Source: Coprobacillaceae bacterium (GTDB lineage Bacteria > Bacillota_I > Bacilli_A > Erysipelotrichales > Coprobacillaceae). From it: DNA of 32,000 nt. Position 1 is the stretch's first letter; each line of letters opens with the position of its first letter. The notes under the pieces were generated by a model. It worked only from the letters and a program-made list of their open reading frames with translations. It did not search any database and was not told the DNA's origin. Of the stretch, positions 29,732 through 32,000 are shown one piece after another. Made by a program: the position numbers and the translations under genes. The stretch is from assembly GCA_963675515.1 (NCBI GenBank), contig OY776328.1, positions 2,820,001-2,852,000 of the forward strand. Reading direction: 5' to 3'.

Positions 29732-29822
29732 ACTAATATTCTAGTCTTAAAGCTGCCAGTTTACGAATTGTTCCTGATTTATCATTGGACAAGGGCAGAT
29801 GGGGATAGTTATAATTTAGACA

Positions 29823-31343
29823 ATGTACCTTTTTCACCGGATTAACACAAACTGGCTGCCCCGTGTCTCTTTATTCCTCATTCTATTAACAATTTTGAGC
29901 AACTACCGGTATGTCCCGGGCAGTAACTTTTATCTTGGCATCCTGCCGGCAGTTTTCCTTATTGTAATTTTTTACGGACTTTCAACTGTATTAAAGGACA
30001 GTGGTGTAAACTTCAGTGAGTTTTACCGGCGTCCTGCCAATATTGCCACACTTGTCAGAAGCCTGCTGGTTCTGGCGGGGCTTGTCTGCGGGGCACTCTG
30101 GCTGACCGGCGGATTCTCCTTGTATAAATGGTTTTCTCTCATTTTTATAAGTTTGGGATATGGGGCGGATTTTCTGGACGGCTGGCTGGCTCGGCGTGAG
30201 AAAGTCAAACCGCCGGCGGCGGAGTGGGGTGCCTGGTATGATGCTGAAACAGACGCTCTCTTATTGCTTATAAGCGGTATTTTTATAACGTATTTTACAG
30301 AGATTACCCCGCTTCTGCTTCTACCCGGTCTGTTCCGGTATATATTCGGGCTCCTATTCTGGTTTTTCCCCTCGGATTATGATCCTCCCGTGTGGTATTT
30401 CTGGTATTCCAAGACCATTGCCGCAATTTTTGAAACTGTCATGGCAGTTCTCTGGTGTACAATCCTGCTCAAGGAAAGCTCTGGTTTTATGAAGGCCTTC
30501 CTGACCATACAGATCAGAGTTTTTATTCCTCTGATAACTCTGCTTATCCTGTCAAGCTTTATTGTGGAATCCCATTACAGGGCGGCATCCCTACTCAACA
30601 GGGTGCCCGCGGGTTTTCGTTGGGGAATTTTCCGCTCTTTCATTATCTATTACAGAATCCCTTTCCGTTATGGAAAGATGAAGAAATTCTACAGCAGACT
30701 CATCAATTCCAGGGACCTGGTTTTTGATGTGGGAGCTCATCTGGGTAACCGGACCAGAACCTTTCTTGATCTGGGTGCATATGTCGTAAGCTTTGAACCA
30801 CAGCCGGCATGCATCGGGCTCCTTGATCTCTGGTTTGGATCTCACGAGAACGCACAGCAAAGCTACTGCGCTCTGGGGGCAAACAAGGGCAATGTGGAAA
30901 TGCTGCTCTCAAGCCGGAACCCCACACTTGCCAGTACTGATTCTAAATGGGTAAGTGAAATGCTCAGCCACCCCGAATTTCAGGGAATAGAATGGGATGG
31001 CCGCTGCAGGACAGAAGTGCATACCCTTGATGAAATGATTGATAAATTCGGTATGCCGAAGTTTATAAAGATTGATACTGAAGGAAATGAAGGGAAAGTC
31101 CTGAAAGGGCTCAGCAGTGCAGTCGCCCTTATAAGTTATGAGTTTCTTCCCTCCCAGAAAAACCGGGCGAAAGAGTGCATCACCAGGCTTTCCCGTCTGG
31201 GAAAGTACTTCTTTAATTATTCCATTGGAGAATCCATGAAAATGGCCCTCAAAGATGCGCTTAGTGCCGAAGAAATGACAGCTCTTATTGATTCCTATCC
31301 CCAGGAGGGGAAGAGCGGAGATATTTATGCCTTCCTTCAATAA
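29823..31343 (+). CDS. Fusion protein: polytopic CDP-alcohol phosphatidyltransferase domain (N) + FkbM-family SAM methyltransferase domain (C)
   Basis: N-terminal half: several hydrophobic segments and the signature DFLDGWLAR-x11-GAWYDAETD (DxxDGxxAR...GxxxDxxxD). C-terminal half: VFDVGAHLGNRTRTF...VVSFEPQP...PKFIKIDTEGNEGKVLKGL (Methyltransf_21/FkbM hallmarks). It is one uninterrupted 506-aa ORF. Confidence 0.8.
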   Translation: MYLFHRINTNWLPRVSLFLILLTILSNYRYVPGSNFYLGILPAVFLIVIFYGLSTVLKDSGVNFSEFYRRPANIATLVRSLLVLAGLVCGALWLTGGFSLYKWFSLIFISLGYGADFLDGWLARREKVKPPAAEWGAWYDAETDALLLLISGIFITYFTEITPLLLLPGLFRYIFGLLFWFFPSDYDPPVWYFWYSKTIAAIFETVMAVLWCTILLKESSGFMKAFLTIQIRVFIPLITLLILSSFIVESHYRAASLLNRVPAGFRWGIFRSFIIYYRIPFRYGKMKKFYSRLINSRDLVFDVGAHLGNRTRTFLDLGAYVVSFEPQPACIGLLDLWFGSHENAQQSYCALGANKGNVEMLLSSRNPTLASTDSKWVSEMLSHPEFQGIEWDGRCRTEVHTLDEMIDKFGMPKFIKIDTEGNEGKVLKGLSSAVALISYEFLPSQKNRAKECITRLSRLGKYFFNYSIGESMKMALKDALSAEEMTALIDSYPQEGKSGDIYAFLQ

Positions 31344-31908
31344 ACTGAAAAGACCCCTCTCTGTCGTTCTTCTTGTGCATTTTCTTTTTGCTTCCTACCG
31401 CCTTTTTCCGCTTATACAGAATTACCAGCCCCTTAGTTTTTTTATCCCCATGGGAGAACTTCTTATTCTCATTGTTATTATGAACGGCAGGAATCACCGG
31501 CTTCTGAGAAGCACTGCTTCCCTGCTTCTGCTGTCATTTCTCATGTTTTATCTCTCGGGAGAGCTTTTTTTCAGGCTTATCTATCTTGAAAGCTTTGATA
31601 TGATTTCAGACATGAAATTTATTCCCGGTTTATTTGTCATGCTGATGCCGGAAGGATTTCTCTCTGTGGAAACCATAAGGGCCGGGGCAGTCCTGCTAAC
31701 AGTTCTTCTGACTCTGTTAACAGCCTCTCTCCTGTTCTCTGCCATTCGAAAGCATTCGGGTATAACGGTACTGTCCCTCAATACTCCGGTAAAAATACTG
31801 ATTACCATGGCGGCTGCTTCACTTATGATTTTTTCCCCCGCTGATTCCCCCCTGCTGATGACCAGGCGGGATTATAGGCCGCCGGTCTTTATATGCCGAT
31901 CAAAGTGA
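31327..31908 (+). CDS. Polytopic membrane protein of unknown function, possibly the N-terminal membrane module of a larger protein
   Basis: The start MPSFNKLKRPLSVV at 31327 has GGAG about 10 nt upstream and overlaps the previous gene by 17 nt. There are four to five hydrophobic segments. I recognised no catalytic motif. Confidence 0.6.
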   Translation: MPSFNKLKRPLSVVLLVHFLFASYRLFPLIQNYQPLSFFIPMGELLILIVIMNGRNHRLLRSTASLLLLSFLMFYLSGELFFRLIYLESFDMISDMKFIPGLFVMLMPEGFLSVETIRAGAVLLTVLLTLLTASLLFSAIRKHSGITVLSLNTPVKILITMAAASLMIFSPADSPLLMTRRDYRPPVFICRSK

Positions 31909-32000
31909 GGCCTCTTTTCTCAGTAAAATACCTGATGAACAGCCTGTATCCCTGCAGAACATAGCAGTTCCGGTTGAGGAAATCAAAGAGCCGGAGTGGG

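Noticed and set aside
30909-31340. 143-aa minus-strand ORF, and other minus-strand ORFs, inside the CDP-alcohol transferase::FkbM gene
   Set aside because: They are antisense to an ORF with two clear catalytic signatures and have no recognisable motifs, so they are shadow ORFs.

Overview
About 28 kb of this window is ordinary core chromosome from a low-GC, Shine-Dalgarno-rich Firmicutes/Mollicutes-like bacterium that uses the standard genetic code. By eye the ribosomal proteins look Acholeplasma- or Erysipelotrichia-like, but I cannot verify taxonomy. The minus strand carries a complete, canonical S10-spc-alpha ribosomal superoperon from rpsJ to rplQ (25041 down to 10681), including secY, adk, map, infA, rpoA and rpmJ, which the ORF track misses. 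Its own terminator follows, then a separately promoted ecfA1-ecfA2-ecfT-truA-PHP phosphatase operon. Further left are an orphan 397-aa protein translationally coupled to an alpha/beta hydrolase whose nucleophile serine is replaced by Glu, a GH1 6-phospho-beta-glucosidase, an RpiR regulator coupled to a threonine-aldolase-like lyase, HU, and the 3' end of pduL. Divergent from rpsJ, across about 630 bp of non-coding DNA, is a PF04392-type ABC uptake operon (lipoprotein, permease, ATPase). The main anomaly is at about 28.03 kb. There the ABC ATPase is cut off just after its signature motif, and a convergent dehydrogenase-like ORF is cut at the same place with no mobile-element signature. The remaining 4 kb looks different. 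It has two frameshifted genes, start codons lacking SD sequences, and an unusual membrane-lipid-like locus centred on a CDP-alcohol phosphatidyltransferase::FkbM methyltransferase fusion. I saw no tRNA, rRNA, CRISPR array, IS element or recognisable defence genes.
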